From contig NC_058368.1 in assembly GCF_018350175.1 (NCBI RefSeq), positions 152,522,001 through 152,586,000 of the forward strand: 64,000 nucleotides of DNA, written 5' to 3'. Below the pieces are notes generated by a model that did no database searches, had not been told where the DNA came from, and saw nothing but the letters and a program-made list of their open reading frames with translations. This stretch comes from Felis catus. Lineage: Eukaryota. A program made the position numbers and the translations under genes. Shown in pieces: positions 49,164-62,004 of the stretch; position 1 is the first letter of the stretch, and each line of letters begins with the position of its first letter.

Positions 49164-52100
49164 CTCCTATTTTCCATACTGAATGCTGAGCTCAGTAGTA
49201 CTTGGCATCCCTTAATCAACACTCCTCTGCTTTATTCTCCCCAGAGAACAAACTAAGTGCATGGACATTCCAGAGTTTTCACAGCTTCTTAAATGGCTTT
49301 CAACCAATTCTACTTATTTTACTATTTATCTTTCCTTTGCCCCCACTAAAATACCATCTACTGCTAATTCCCGAGCCTTTTAAAGCTCCTACAGTGCAGA
49401 CTGGATTGGCTCTTGATTTCCCATTGCTGGCAGAAGATAAAACTGCTGACTCAGTCATTACATTTACATCAACATTCAAAATAGTTCAATATGGATTTAT
49501 ACTTAAAACAGACAAACCAAGGTCCTTTTATTACAGGCTTAGGTTTCGGATGGAGTAGTTTTCAATCTGCTACCTTTCTAGGGTCTATTTTTTGTTTTTA
49601 ACCTCCCCAAGTGACTTAAGTCTGCCTGTCATAACTGTGTAATTATCTTGGTGACTCTGGGCAAATTAATTAAACATACATATGGGGCCAAAATGTCTCC
49701 ACTTCATATCATTTGACTATTGTGGAAAATAGATAAAAAGACGTATGGTACTATATTAAGAATAGTACTATAGAAGGTACTATATTAACCTAGGGTTTAT
49801 CTATCTTCTTATAGGAGGATACTATTTCACTATTCGTAGGGGGAGTTATTTTTCCATCAAAGATGATACACCGTATGATGATCTCTCCCTGTCCCTCCTT
49901 TGCAAGTTAGTTTTTGGGTTAGTCATACAGCACAGATTTATGCTTCCTCGTGACAGGTGATCATCAATTCACTAAATGAAATGTAATAAACTAATGACTT
50001 CAGGCTCCTTATGTTCTAACCAAAGCAACAGCTGTATGCTGTTCAGATATGGGCTCGTCATGTATATGTGTAACCGTGTATGAATTTTTCATATAAATAT
50101 TTTATATCTCCTTCCAGCCATCTGGATTATGATAACAGCAAGTCAGCTGGCCACATTATTCAGAAGAGAAAGGAAATTAATATTCCTGAGAAAAGAGAAA
50201 ATTAGATACTACTTGAGAGGATGAGGCATTCTGCTTCTAATAAAAAACAACTTTTGATATAACATAATATTCTCAGCTTTAAGTGTTTGGTAAATATTAA
50301 GCTTTTTTTTTTCACACCTTCAAAGGCTTAAAGCAGCACACAGATAGCTTGCAGGCCCTCTGTATTTCCAAAATGCTATAATTCTATCATAAACTGGGAT
50401 TTAGGAAACCTGGATTCTAGTCTCAGCTCTTTTCCAAACTGGCTATGTGATCTCAGGCATGATAATTCAGGCCTGCTTGAACTCTTCATCTATAAAACAA
50501 TAATTCTTATCGTTCTTTCACCATTGATTTCCTATTGTTGGCACAGAAGGAAAGTGAATAAATCAGAAGTAATTTATTCATTCAGACAACTGTAATGTAT
50601 TTTAAATACTAATGTAAACATTTTTTGGTCTCAGTGCCACAATTAATTTAATCTTAATACCCATCAACTACAAATCCTAACTCTAAAAAGTATCACTTTT
50701 ATCAAGAAATACAAAGAATACTGTAAATGTACTTTTCTTTCATCTTAAATTGTCAGATGATATAAGACTCCCATCTAAATCAGTCTCTTTTTTTTTTTAA
50801 TCTTTAGATTTGAAATTTTAATGAAGAGGCTTTGTGGGTGGAGTGTGAGGTACAGAATCTTGCTTTTTATTTTTTATATTTCAAGTGTTCAAGATCTCAT
50901 CTATAAGATAAACTGATTTTTGTAAAATTATTTCATTATTTGTCATATTGGTCCTTCATAAAGTAAGCTTATTGTACTGCAACAACAGGATTTTTCTATC
51001 TCCTAGAGGAATGTTTTAATAAATTAAATTGGCAATTAAAATGGTTTCAAGATAAAAATGAGAGAAGGGGGTTTCATATCCTACTTATAATTACAATATA
51101 TTTATGGGATAGAATTTATGATCTGCATGTGTTGATCTATTGTGCCTTGGTTCAAATCCTAGCTTTTGTCACTATCTTGCTCTGTGGACTCTAGGCAAGC
51201 CATTTAATTAGGGGTCAGCCACCTCACTTCAAATGTGTTGTGAAGATAAAATGAAATCAACAAAAATATTCTAAAAAGAAAAAAGGAAATTTAATATACA
51301 AATATTGCTATTGTGGCTAATTAACTCAATTATTTAAGTGCCTGCTTGGCGTTGAGAGGGCTGGGACCCTACTCTATTGTATTTTATTCCATTAGTTTCT
51401 CTCTGATCCCCATCCTTTCTTTTACAGAGCCAGAGGCCCAAGGCTACCCATGCATTAGTCGGTATACTTCACCATCACCGGAAATAACCTCATTAATCTT
51501 TCTCAGGCCTTGCTTTAAACCAGACCATGTATCTGTCATAATGTTAAGACTCACATTCTCTACTTTTTATGTTCACTAACAAGCTTTTGCTCTAATGAGG
51601 CAACATCAAGAACAGAAATCTATCTGGAAGATAAGGATGCCCAAGTAGATAAGAACCACTGCTCCCTAATGGCTTTCTAAACCTACAGGTGGGAATTGTT
51701 CATATCCAGTAGTGACGCCGACAGAGAGCGGATGAAGTCAGCTGTTCTCAAAAGCATAGAGCCTGTCATGCACTCGGTGAGGACTCATTCCTTAAAAGTC
51801 TTTTCGCTATAAAAGCGCCTGGAAATCTGGCAAGTGTTCGGGAAAAGAATGTAAAATCCCTAGTCACAAGCCTCTGTAGTGTTACTACTATACCTTACAC
51901 AGGAATCTGACTAGGGGGTGGGGCCGGCTTTCATTTGAGTACTTGGCTTTGCCACACAGTGCCAGAACTGGTCTGTGGTAAGGAAGGCTTCGAGGGCCTT
52001 GGCTCAGATCGAGTAGGCGTTTACTCAGGGAAGGGAGAAACAGTAGTGGTGTTTCTGCGATGTGACAAAACAAGCCAGTTTACAGCCACGCACGTCTGCA

Positions 52101-52172
52101 ACATGCATCCCTCGAACAGTTTTTCCCAATCCCTTCCCTTAAAGAGAGCGCGTGCCCGTGAGGGCCCATTAC

Positions 52173-52626
52173 CATCCTGCAGGATGAGAGTGGGCTGCAC
52201 CGCCTGCACTCGGAACTGCCTGGCCCTCCAGCCCGGGCTGGGCGCCCGCACCACCTCACTGTCGGACAGCCAGGTCACGGTCTCAAAGTTGTCCCCGCGA
52301 GCCAGCGCCTCGGCCTCGGCGTGATGCACGGCCACCCGGTCGAACTGGTAGAGGCCGCCGGAGTGGTCGAAGTGCACGTGTGTGGCCACGGCCAGCAGTG
52401 GCCGGCACGCCGCGTCCTCTTTGGCCCCGTGATCCTGCAAGAGGCCGGAGGAGTACAGGTACTCCGGGAGGCTGCGCAGCCCCAGGCCCGTATCGATCAC
52501 CACATCCTGCTCGGAACCACGCACCAGCCAGATGTTGGCGCGGTTGCCCGACTCATAGAAGCGTTCCTGAATCCAAAAGATGCCGTCGCCCAGGGACTTG
52601 TGGGCGTACCACTCCAGCGCGGACAT
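52173..52626 (-). CDS. MBLAC2: MBLAC2 exon 1 coding part (metallo-beta-lactamase domain-containing protein 2 / acyl-CoA thioesterase), codons 1-151 plus 1 nt
   Basis: Translates [35 protein letters not shown]...THVHFDH...QPTLILQD, matching mammalian MBLAC2 and containing the HxHxDH metallo-beta-lactamase motif. Ends at donor G|GTAATG (GT = 52172-52171); 454 nt, phase 1. Confidence 0.97.
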
Positions 52627-53199
52627 GCTGGGCAGGGGTGCGGTCTGGCCGAGTGGGTGTAAGGGTGTGTGCCTCCTGCAAGCCGTCCAGACGCGAGGCG
52701 CTGCGGCGGTGTGGAGCGGTCAGCCCGCAGCAAGGGAGGAGGGGCAGACCGCGGAGAGGGCGGGGGATTCGGGAGGTGCGGGTTTGGGGGGTGGGGTGGG
52801 GGAGAACTAGGAGGAAGGACGCGCCGAGTCGCGGCCTGGAGAGTCTGCACGCACCCTCCAGCCAGGTCTGCAGAGAGTGGAGGCTGCTCTGCCCGCACCT
52901 AGGCGCTGGAGTAATCTCGGCTTCAGTAGCTGCAGCACAAAGGAGCGTTAACGCAGGGGCACTGCAGCAGACTGGAGACCCAGAAGGAATCGCTCTTCAC
53001 CCCGGGGGTCTGACTGCAGAGGCCAGGGGAGGTGCCAGGTCCTCCCACCCACTGCGCTCCGGCAAGCGCACTTCCAGCCAGCGCCGAAAGAGTCAGGCCA
53101 AACCGGATGGAGAAGTACGGCGCCTGCCAAGGGCTAAAAAGCTCCTTGCCCAGGGGGCGGGGCCTAGAGAGAGAGTGGGCGGGGCTAACTGTTTGGGAT

Positions 53200-53353
53200 C
53201 TGAACAAGGCTCTGAGCCCGCGTGGAGGGCGGAGCGCGCTTCTCTAGAGGTGGAACCGGTATCCCCAGCGCTCGCGCCTTCTGTGTGCACCCCTTCCTTG
53301 CCGGCCGGCACTTTGGGTGCACAGTTTTACCCAAGCCTCGAGACAGTGAGCAG
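53200..53353 (+). other. POLR3G: Candidate non-coding exon 1 of POLR3G
   Basis: GC-rich leader ending at donor CAG|GTAACA (GT at 53354). An alternative donor GCA|GTGAGT lies at 53580. The start cannot be determined from sequence. Confidence 0.45.
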
Positions 53354-55219
53354 GTAACAGAGGGAGCAATTGAGGGGTTGGGAGGCGATGGAGAGGGTAG
53401 AGAGAAGTTAAAGGGGCACATGGAGAAGGTGGGGGAAGTCAGAGGTGGAGATTCAATAAAGCGCTTCAGGATTGAGGGTAGTTGGGAGATAGCTTTACCT
53501 TTCCTTCTAATCCCTTCAGAATCTTTGAAAACCGCCCTTTCCCGATCTTAACGAGGCTCCACTTCCTGGACTGTTTGCAGTGAGTTAGAAGAGGATTTAC
53601 GCTGTAACTGATGGTAGATTTTCAAATCTGGGGACTTTGTGATTGGTTTAGGCACGAGTCATTGCCGCAGACTTGCTGCTAAGGACAGACTCTTCAGTAT
53701 GTTTTCTTAACTCTTGGCACTCTAACCTGTATCGTGGGGAGAAGGGTTGTTAATAACGTCTTAATGCTCTTATAAAAAATGAAATTCTGTATTCCTTCCC
53801 CTACCCTCCATTTTTTTTTTTTTTTTTTTTTTGGTTAGTTTGTCAGCTCTTGAAAGAGAGCAAAGAAAGTTGGTAGAAAAGGCTCAACTAAGTAAAGGTG
53901 GAGGCAGTCGCACCTTGTGAGAACAGAAAACGTGGATAATGTCTGGGTGTGGCCCAGCCAGCCATATAAATCACCCCCACTATGAACACCAGATCCCTGT
54001 ATCCACCTAGCACCTCCCAGCTATTGAAACATCAAGTTAGGCTTCAAAAATTCCCTTGAGAATTTGATTAATTATAAAGATACCCATGAGCTAGCTTTGT
54101 AACAAATAATTATGAAAACCCTTATTGTGGCAGCTACTAATAAACCTTCATAGGAGAGATGTACTGTCCTCTCCTACACTCCTAAAAACCTTTGGTGGAG
54201 ATGTAGCTTTTCTGAATATTTTCCTAATCTTCAGCCACTGTTTGGGGCTATCCTTACCTGCAAGTCCCTGAGCTAGATGATCTGTGAGAATAGTATTGAG
54301 TGGGGAAAAAAAAGAAAAAGAAGTCATGATTTGGGTTCTCAAGAATTTGAGGGAAGATGATATTTATGCACAACTATTTGCAATATAAAACAGTATGGTG
54401 TATATACCACAGAGGAAGTAAAAACTAGGTGCTATAAGGATACAGATGAAAAGGATTATTGAAGAGTAGCATTTGAGCAGGGCTTAAAAGACCACTGTTT
54501 GTTAGGATGCTCTCAGCTGGGAAGTACAGAGCTTTCTGTAGTTTAGACATTTTTCCCATAGACAGAGGGAAACCACTCTAGGAGAAATGGAGGGATATCC
54601 TTACTAGGCCATGAGCTCAGCAATAATTCACCCAGTATTTGTTGGACTTTTGCCAGGCTCTGGTAAGTGATAGAGCATGGAAATGTAAGTCTTCAAGGAG
54701 GCCTTCATATTTACAGATCCATCTGCTTGTATCACACTCCCCTGGATGTCCATATTTTCTTAGTTCTCGACATGGTTCTTTCCATTTCCTGTGCTAGACT
54801 ATGAGCTCCACAAGAGCAGAAACTTTGTTTTGTTCACTGCTATATTCCCAGTGTGCAGAAGATGGTCTGACACAGAGGGTGCTTAATAAATACTTGATGA
54901 ATAGTTAATTGAAGGGCTTACTGGAGAGACAGACAAGAACTGGCAATCACAACATGATCTTTAAAAGGGTAATAAAAGCACCGTAGTACTTGGGAAACAG
55001 ACAAGGGAGAGATCTGTCTCCTTGTTGGGTAGAGAAAATGGTCACAGAGAGGTGTCATTTGCACAGCATCTTAAATGGTGCCAGGGGTTGCGTAGTTGGA
55101 TGCGGGAGGAAGGCATTCCAGGCAGAAGGAACGCTACATGCAAGAGCTGATGTAGCAGAGTAGAGAGTGGCTAGAGTGTGGTGTGTAGGGGGCAAGAGAC
55201 AGAGAGTTAGACTCAAAGC

Positions 55220-57100
55220 TTTGTTAGGTAAGGAGAGTGACACATCAAGGTTTATGTTCTAGAGAGATGACTGGAGAGTGGGTTGAAAGTGGGAGGCAGG
55301 CAATGGGAATTTATTTGTTCTGTGTTAGAGATCCAGGTTAGAGATGGTAAAGTCCTGAACAAAAGCAGAGGTCAAGGAAGGTGAATATGTAAGAGGATAC
55401 AGCTAATATTCTTCTATAAGGGTATCAAGGAAGGTGGAGAGGAGGACAGCATGACTATCAGGTTCTGACTGGGACAATTGAGGTGTCATTTATCAGGAAA
55501 GATGATGTGACCTGTCTTTTGGTGCCTCCCCCAGCTTCCATGCCTACTTACATCAGATTGTACATTCATTCACGTAGCCACTATGTACAAGGGACAGTGT
55601 GAGATGTGGAAGACAATACATTTAGGCCACAATCACAACTCGTAAAATGTTAGCACTAGGAGGAACTTCAGATATTACCTCAGCCTGTGACGTAGTGTTG
55701 TCTCTACAGTCAAATAGAATGGACTTTGCATTTCAGCTCTTGGATGCTTGAACAACACCCATCAAACCAGCTCAGCACAGTTCTGAACAGGAATTTTCAG
55801 GAAGCATTACAAAATGGAAGGATGATGCTTCTGATTTTATACTTTGAAAGTCAGTCAATTTTGCCATTGCTAATTCACTTCCTTGTAAAGATTAATAAAA
55901 GTATCTGTGGGATTAAAAAAGTGTTCAACTAGCCTGGGAATGTGTTTCAGGTAGTGTAATGTGGATGAATGGAGAATGGAAAGGTACCTGAGGCTTTAAC
56001 CCAGTTTTGTCTTTGTTAGAAATTAACTGTGTGCCTTTAGGCAGTCAACTAACCTCTCAGGGCTTCACTTTCCTCTTTTACAAAATGTGAAGTTTAATAG
56101 GAAGCAGTGGTTCTTTAAAAAAATTTTTTAACCATATTTATTTTTGAGAGACAGAGCGTGAGCGTGAGGGGCAAAAAGAGAAGCAGTCTCAGAATCAGAA
56201 GCAGGCTCCAGGTTCTGAGCTGTTAGCACAGAACCTGACACATGACTTGAACCACAAGACCATGCCTGATCTGAAGTCAGTTGCTTAACATACTGAGCCA
56301 CCCAGGCAGCCCAGAAAGCAGTGGATCTTAATTTACACTATATGCTGTAAACTCTGTGAATGCTTTGAAAAGTCCTAATGCCTGAATCCCATCTCCAAAG
56401 ATTCTCATTTTGTTGTTCTGGTATGAAGCCTGAGTTTTGTTTTTACATTCTGATGCTTCTAGTGTACTTCCAGGTCTCCAACTTTATAGTTCGGGAAGTT
56501 TAAAAGAAAACAACAATGTTAATAGTAGGCTGACTGAATTGTACTTATTTGGGTAGATTTTGCTCATGACACCATATGAAAGAAAGGAAGGAAAGAAGAG
56601 AGGAAGGAAAAGAAAGAGAAGGAAAGAGAGCTTAACATTAATTGTGGAGCTGTTGCTATATAGAGAGCACTGTGCTAGACAGTGGGGATATAAAATCTCT
56701 GTTAATACGGCCAAAGAAATAAATAAAATGTAAGTGAAACTCCTTGCCTTTGGAAAAAGCCCATTTCCCAAAAGGTGCATTGTCTCTATTTCTTCCAAAA
56801 TTGAAGAGTAGCAATATGTAACACCTCAATTTTTTAAAATACACTTATTTTATTGGAGGATCTTTACAAGAGCAAAGTGGGGTGAAGCAACTGCTGTGGA
56901 TTTTGTTAGGTAAGGAGAGTGACACATCAAGGTTTATGTTCTAGTGAGATGACTGGAGAGTGGGTTGAAAGTGGGAGGCTGGCAATGGGAATTTATTTGT
57001 TCTGTGTTCGAGATGGTAAAGTCCTGAACAAAAGCAGAGGTCAAGGAGGGTGAACATGTAAGAGGATACAACTAATATTCTTCTATAAAGGTGTCAAGGA
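55220..57100 (+). repeat. Direct non-tandem duplication: 55220-55431 repeated at 56902-57100
   Basis: Manual alignment shows 8 substitutions and one 13-nt indel over 199 aligned nt. Confidence 0.95.
56114..56312 (-). mobile_element. CanSINE inside a MER5-like MITE
   Basis: TSD AAGCAGTGG(T/A)TCTT. Confidence 0.85.
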
Positions 57101-58378
57101 GACTGGACTTAGACTGGATCTTCAGGTGAAAGGGGCTACTGTTAAGCAGGGAGGAAAATGGGGTAGATTGTAGTGGAGAGAATGGTAAACAAGACATGAT
57201 GATACAAGGAGTCAGGAGTGCAGGCATCTTAAAAGGGCCCTGAATACTTGGATAGGAAGTTTGGATTTAATCCTGTAGCCAAGAGGGAAGATGAGAAGAC
57301 CGACATGATCAGAACTATGCCTTAGGATGAATAATGTGGAAGAATAAATTAAAACAAATAGGAAGAACAAGGGATACCACAAAACTTGCAGTCACTCAAA
57401 AGTGATGTAGAAAGAGGTTAAACTGGATTATGGTAGAGGAAATGGAAATGAAGGGACATTTTGAAGGAAGAATTAGGTGATTGATTCGATAGGAGGGGTA
57501 GAACAGAGTGACGAATCAATATTGATGCACTCCAAGTCATCAAGTGTTGGTGACTGGGAAAATAACATTCTGTGGATAGAAGCAGGGACATAATACCTAA
57601 AAGGCAAGCCAGTTGGTGCAGGGGGAAGATGACCTCAGTATTTTAAGTTTAAAGTGCTTTCCAAATATTCTTTTGATAGTGGGAACATGGGCTGAAACTC
57701 AAGACAAAGGTCAGTGTTGGAGATAATAGTATGGGAGAGGTCATCAAATCCTGCGTGCGGGTGTGTTTTCTGAAGTCCAAAAAAAAAAAAAAAAGCAGAA
57801 GACCAAAGATTGAACCTTAAGGAAATCCATATTTAGGAGGTTTAAGAAGAGAAGTAGCCAATAACAACAAAAAAACCCCAGAGTTTTAATAAAGCCTAGG
57901 AAGCAGAGAATTTCAAAAGGGAGGAGGCCATAGCAAGTCATGTGCTTTGGAAGTCCAAGACACGAATGAGGACAAAATGCCAGTGGATTTTGCTCTTGGG
58001 AGCCATTGGGACCTTTGCATTTCAACATTTTTGTGAAACCAGTTCCCATCACAAGTGAGGTAAAAAGCCAAACCCTTTACCTCAACTTACACAGGGCTCC
58101 GCAAAATCCGGCCCTGACCTGCCTCTTCTTGTTCCTTACTCCTCGCCAGGGACATGGCCTTCTCATTCCTCACACACTCCCAGCATTTGGCTTCTTTCTC
58201 TGCACTTGTTCCTCTGTACAGCCGTGTCTACCTCATCCCTTCATCTCGTGGCTTACAGGCCTTCCCCGGCATGATGCTCAGATTTATCCTCCACAGAAAG
58301 ACCTTCCTTGTGTGAAAAGCTAACATACCCCTTTATTATTCTCTGTCCCCTTGCCATCATTTATTTTTTTTCAAGAGC

Positions 58379-58849
58379 TGTGTGGATGAGTTTCTAGGGC
58401 TGCTATAACATTTTACCACAAATTGGGCGACTTCAAATAGCCGATATTTATTCTCTCTCAGTTCTGGTGGCCCAAAGTCTGAAAACAAGGTGAAATCAAG
58501 GTGTGGGCAGGGTTCGTTCTTTCCAGAGGCTCTGAGGGAGAATCTGTTCCAGGCCTCTCCTAGCTTGCAGTGCTTCCTGGCACTCTTTGGTATTCTCGGC
58601 TTGCAACTGCAGCATCCCAGTCTCTGCCTCCCATCTTCACATGGTGTTTTCCCTCTGTGTGTGTTTCTCTCTGTCCACATTTCCCTCTTAGAAAGACACC
58701 CATCATTGGAAGAGGGCTCACCCTGATTTACTATGACCTCATCTTAATTTGATTACATCTGCAGCAAAGATTTTATTTCCAAATAAGGAAGGTCATCACA
58801 TTCACAGGTACGGGGTGGGTAGGAGGGAGACACAATTCAACCCACAGCA
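58379..58849 (-). mobile_element. MaLR MLT1C/D-like solo LTR
   Basis: MLT1 motifs (CTAGGGCTGCTATAACA..TACCACAAATTGGG, GAGGCTCTGAGGGAGAATCTGTTCC, ACACAATTCAACCCA). Confidence 0.75.
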
Positions 58850-60379
58850 AGAATACATACTATTATGTTACACATTTATTTGTTTACATGTTTGTGTTCT
58901 TTCAGCCACTGAAATACTTGCCCTTAGTACAGGGACATGGTTTTATTCATGGGTTCTGCCATAGTGCCTGGAATACTCAATATTGGTCGAATGAACGACT
59001 CAATGAAATTGGCCTATATCAAGTAGAGGAAGATTGGGATAATAAGGAAATGGGAAAAGCTGCTTATAAAAAACCTTTCATTCAAGCAGTTTGGGAGGGT
59101 GAAAGAAGAACATGGCAGTGGTTGACTCAGAGGATACCAGAGATTGATGCTTAGGCCTCACTTGTGAGCCATTTTCCCTATGAGACAGTTACTGGAGTCC
59201 AAGAAGTACCTCTCAGCTCTCCAAGAGAAGAAAATGAATTTGGCAGCTTCTGTAGGTACAGAACTGACTCATAATAGCCAAACTAAAAAGAGATGGATTT
59301 GTAGGCCAGAAGGCCATGTAATCATTGAGGGTGTCTCAAGAGCTAGGATTGATTTTTCTGCCAAGGGCAATCCATTCACTAATGATACCAGTTTATACAC
59401 CCAAAGGTACTTGATAAATAGGGAAGTTTAGAGGCTCCAGCGTCTGGTATTTCTCAAGGGATTTTCCATCAAACAATGGTAGCTGACATACTCTCTTCTT
59501 AGGGTGAGTTTTCCCAACTGTTTCTCAGAGCCCACCTCCAAAGACTCTGGTGTAGGTTTGAATACTTGAAGATTGCATGGGATTCGATATGTATATTTAA
59601 CAAGTTCTCTGGCCAGTTCTCATGATCAGGCAAGCTTGGGAAATGCTGCCTGGGATTGTTCATCTTTACTGGTGGGCAAATCCCAGACTGGAATTAAGCC
59701 CAGTGGTCTTGACCATGCCTACAGGGCTCTCACAATTCATTTCTTAGAGTGAGTGTGTCTTTTTGCTCAGCAGTTTTCATACTTGGAAGACCTGCTTTCT
59801 GCAGACTCAGCATATGCTTGAGTGACTCAGCAATGAAACACGGCCGTTTAGATATCCTCCTCTCTTTTAGTGTGGACACATGGAGTGAGCTTCGGTATTA
59901 GAATAGGTACCTTTCCTCTACAACTTGTGCTTCGTTGTAGCTAAATAGTGAATGAGGAAATTGATTCATGATAGAATTCCAATTAGTAGATACAGAAAGA
60001 ATAAAATTACAGCCCATAATGGAATAACGAATCTAGGCTACGATCATCAATGGCTGCTGACATCATTAGGTGGAAAGTGATGGGGAACTGTATGCTAGAT
60101 GAAACAGACTGCTAGCACCTGAACCCACTGACCAGAGAACATCAGTGAGAGAGAGAAAGGGAGAGAAAGAAAGAGAGATTGGTTTTGTTTGCATCCTGAT
60201 GTGATGCAATAGGAGGAACAGAGCAACTCTTTTAAGTGTCCTTGTAAAAAATTAAACTCAAATTTCAGTAAGCCTCTAGTTCACCTATTTAGAAAATAGA
60301 AAATACAGCGAAGAGGAATGTGTTATACTGCATTTCATGTATTCAGTTCTTCAAATTCAGAAATGGGAGAATGTTACAA

Positions 60380-60534
60380 CCTTGCTACTTTCAAACAGTG
60401 GCCCGCATACCAGTAGCATGGGTAATCCCAGAGAGCTTGTTAGAAATGCAGGTTCTCAGCCAGCTGAATCAGAATCCGCATTTTAACAAGATTCCTCGGT
60501 AATTCTCGTGTGCCTTAACTTTGGAGAAGCATTG
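60380..60534. mobile_element. MER5A-like hAT MITE
   Basis: GAGCTTGTTAGAAATGCAG..CTGAATCAGAATC..GCATTTTAACAAGAT..TTGGAGAAGCATTG. Confidence 0.7.
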
Positions 60535-61390
60535 TATAGGAAATGACCTCAGTTTTTCAAAAAATAACGGTAAGGAAAGAAAGGAAGGGGAACTGTTAAG
60601 TCGGTAGGAGAGGATATATTGCTGTTTTCTTGGACTTGCAGGATTGATACGCAGTATTATCAGTGGGAAAAGAGACTTAGAAGATGTGTGTCATAATCAC
60701 CACGACAGTCAACTGCACTCTTGTAGTGACAGAGCCTTGGTATAGGGATCCCTGTTAATATACTGCCGGCTCAGTTCTCACACTGTAGAGGTCAATCCTG
60801 TTTCAGACAATTCACAAGTTCAGTAGAGAACTTGAGTATGTGACATCTCTACTGTGGCCAAAGTTGAAAAGAGTACAGGTTTATCTTACCTTTAATTTAA
60901 CTATTTCAGATGTTTTTTTTTTTTTTTATCATTTAAAAATCTAAAGTGTATATGACTCGTGGTAGTCTTCAAGCTGAATGAAAAAGCTAGGTGGTCTGTC
61001 TTCATCAGCCAGACCTTTCCTTGTCCACACTTCTTACATATGTCTGAAATCTTGACGCCAAATCACAGAGGGGTGGAGAGAATTGCATCAACTGGCTGTG
61101 TGCAGTGGTCTGGGCAGCATCTCAAAGGGGACCCAGGGTCAGCTGTTCACCCAGGGCCTGGTGAGGTAATTGAGGCCATCATCATGTCACCTGCCAGACC
61201 TGAGTAGATGTGAGGAGTTCAGAAATCAGTTTAGCGTATGTTTATTATTTCTTTACAAGTTTTGCTTTCCAGAAGTATTTTCCATTAGCCACGCTACTTA
61301 AGGGACAGAGTTTTATATTCTGCTTTAAAATGTTGATTTCCTTTTTTTTCATGTGATGTCTTTCAGAATTTGCTGGTATAACTAGTTCTA

Positions 61391-61507
61391 ATGGCTGGGA
61401 ACAAAGGACGCGGACGTGCAGCTTACACCTTTAATATTGAGGCGGTTGGATTTGGCAGAGGTGAAAAGCTACCCGATGTAGTCCTGAAACCACCCCCACT
61501 ATTTCCT
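61391..61507 (+). CDS. POLR3G: POLR3G first coding exon (RNA polymerase III subunit G / RPC32-alpha), N-terminal 39 aa; gene continues beyond the window
   Basis: Manual translation MAGNKGRGRAAYTFNIEAVGFGRGEKLPDVVLKPPPLFP matches the POLR3G N-terminus. Polypyrimidine tract and TTTCAG acceptor end at 61366; donor CCT|GTAAGT at 61508. Known synteny with MBLAC2. Confidence 0.95.
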
Positions 61508-61819
61508 GTAAGTACGTTAACAGCAGATTTCTCACGGCTGGTGTTTTCATCTTTCAAAGAAAATTAAAATTCTGCACAGGACTGAATATATGACATCCTT
61601 ATAATATCTTAAGTGTAAGAAAGTAAAAGAGAGTGTGCTTCACGGCCACTGTTCTTCCCTGAACCTCTTCTAATTTTTACACTGCCTTCTAAAAACAAAA
61701 AAACTGTATACAACTTGCCGTGAATACATTCAGTACAACATGAACTAAGAAATAATTTTTTCATTTCCTATTTCTTCTGTTGCTATTTTTGATGTATTCC
61801 AATACCAAAATAATATTTT

Positions 61820-62004
61820 GTTTTTTAAATTTTTTTAATGTTTGTTTATTTATTTATTTTGGCAGAGAGAGAGAATGCAGGCAAGCAGGGGTGGGGCAGA
61901 GAGAGAGGGAGAGTGGGAGAGAATCCCAAGCAGACTCTGCGCTGTTAGCAGAGTGTGACGTGGGGCTCGACTGCACGAGCTGTGAGATCATGTCTCCCAG
62001 CCCC
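61820..62004 (-). mobile_element. CanSINE with deleted head
   Basis: TSD CAAAATAATATTTT flanking a SINE 3' half. Confidence 0.8.

Larger units (their letters stand above)
52150..53360. promoter_or_regulatory. CpG island / bidirectional promoter shared by MBLAC2 (-) and POLR3G (+)
   Basis: Only strongly GC- and CpG-rich stretch in the window. GC boxes near 53154-53163, 53177-53185 and 53225-53234. Lies between two divergent genes. Confidence 0.88.

Noticed and set aside
52380..53357. 325-aa plus-strand ORF and other overlapping ORFs in the CpG island
   Set aside because: Arg/Pro/Gly/Ala-rich, non-ATG start, antisense to MBLAC2; long open frames are expected in GC-rich, stop-poor DNA.
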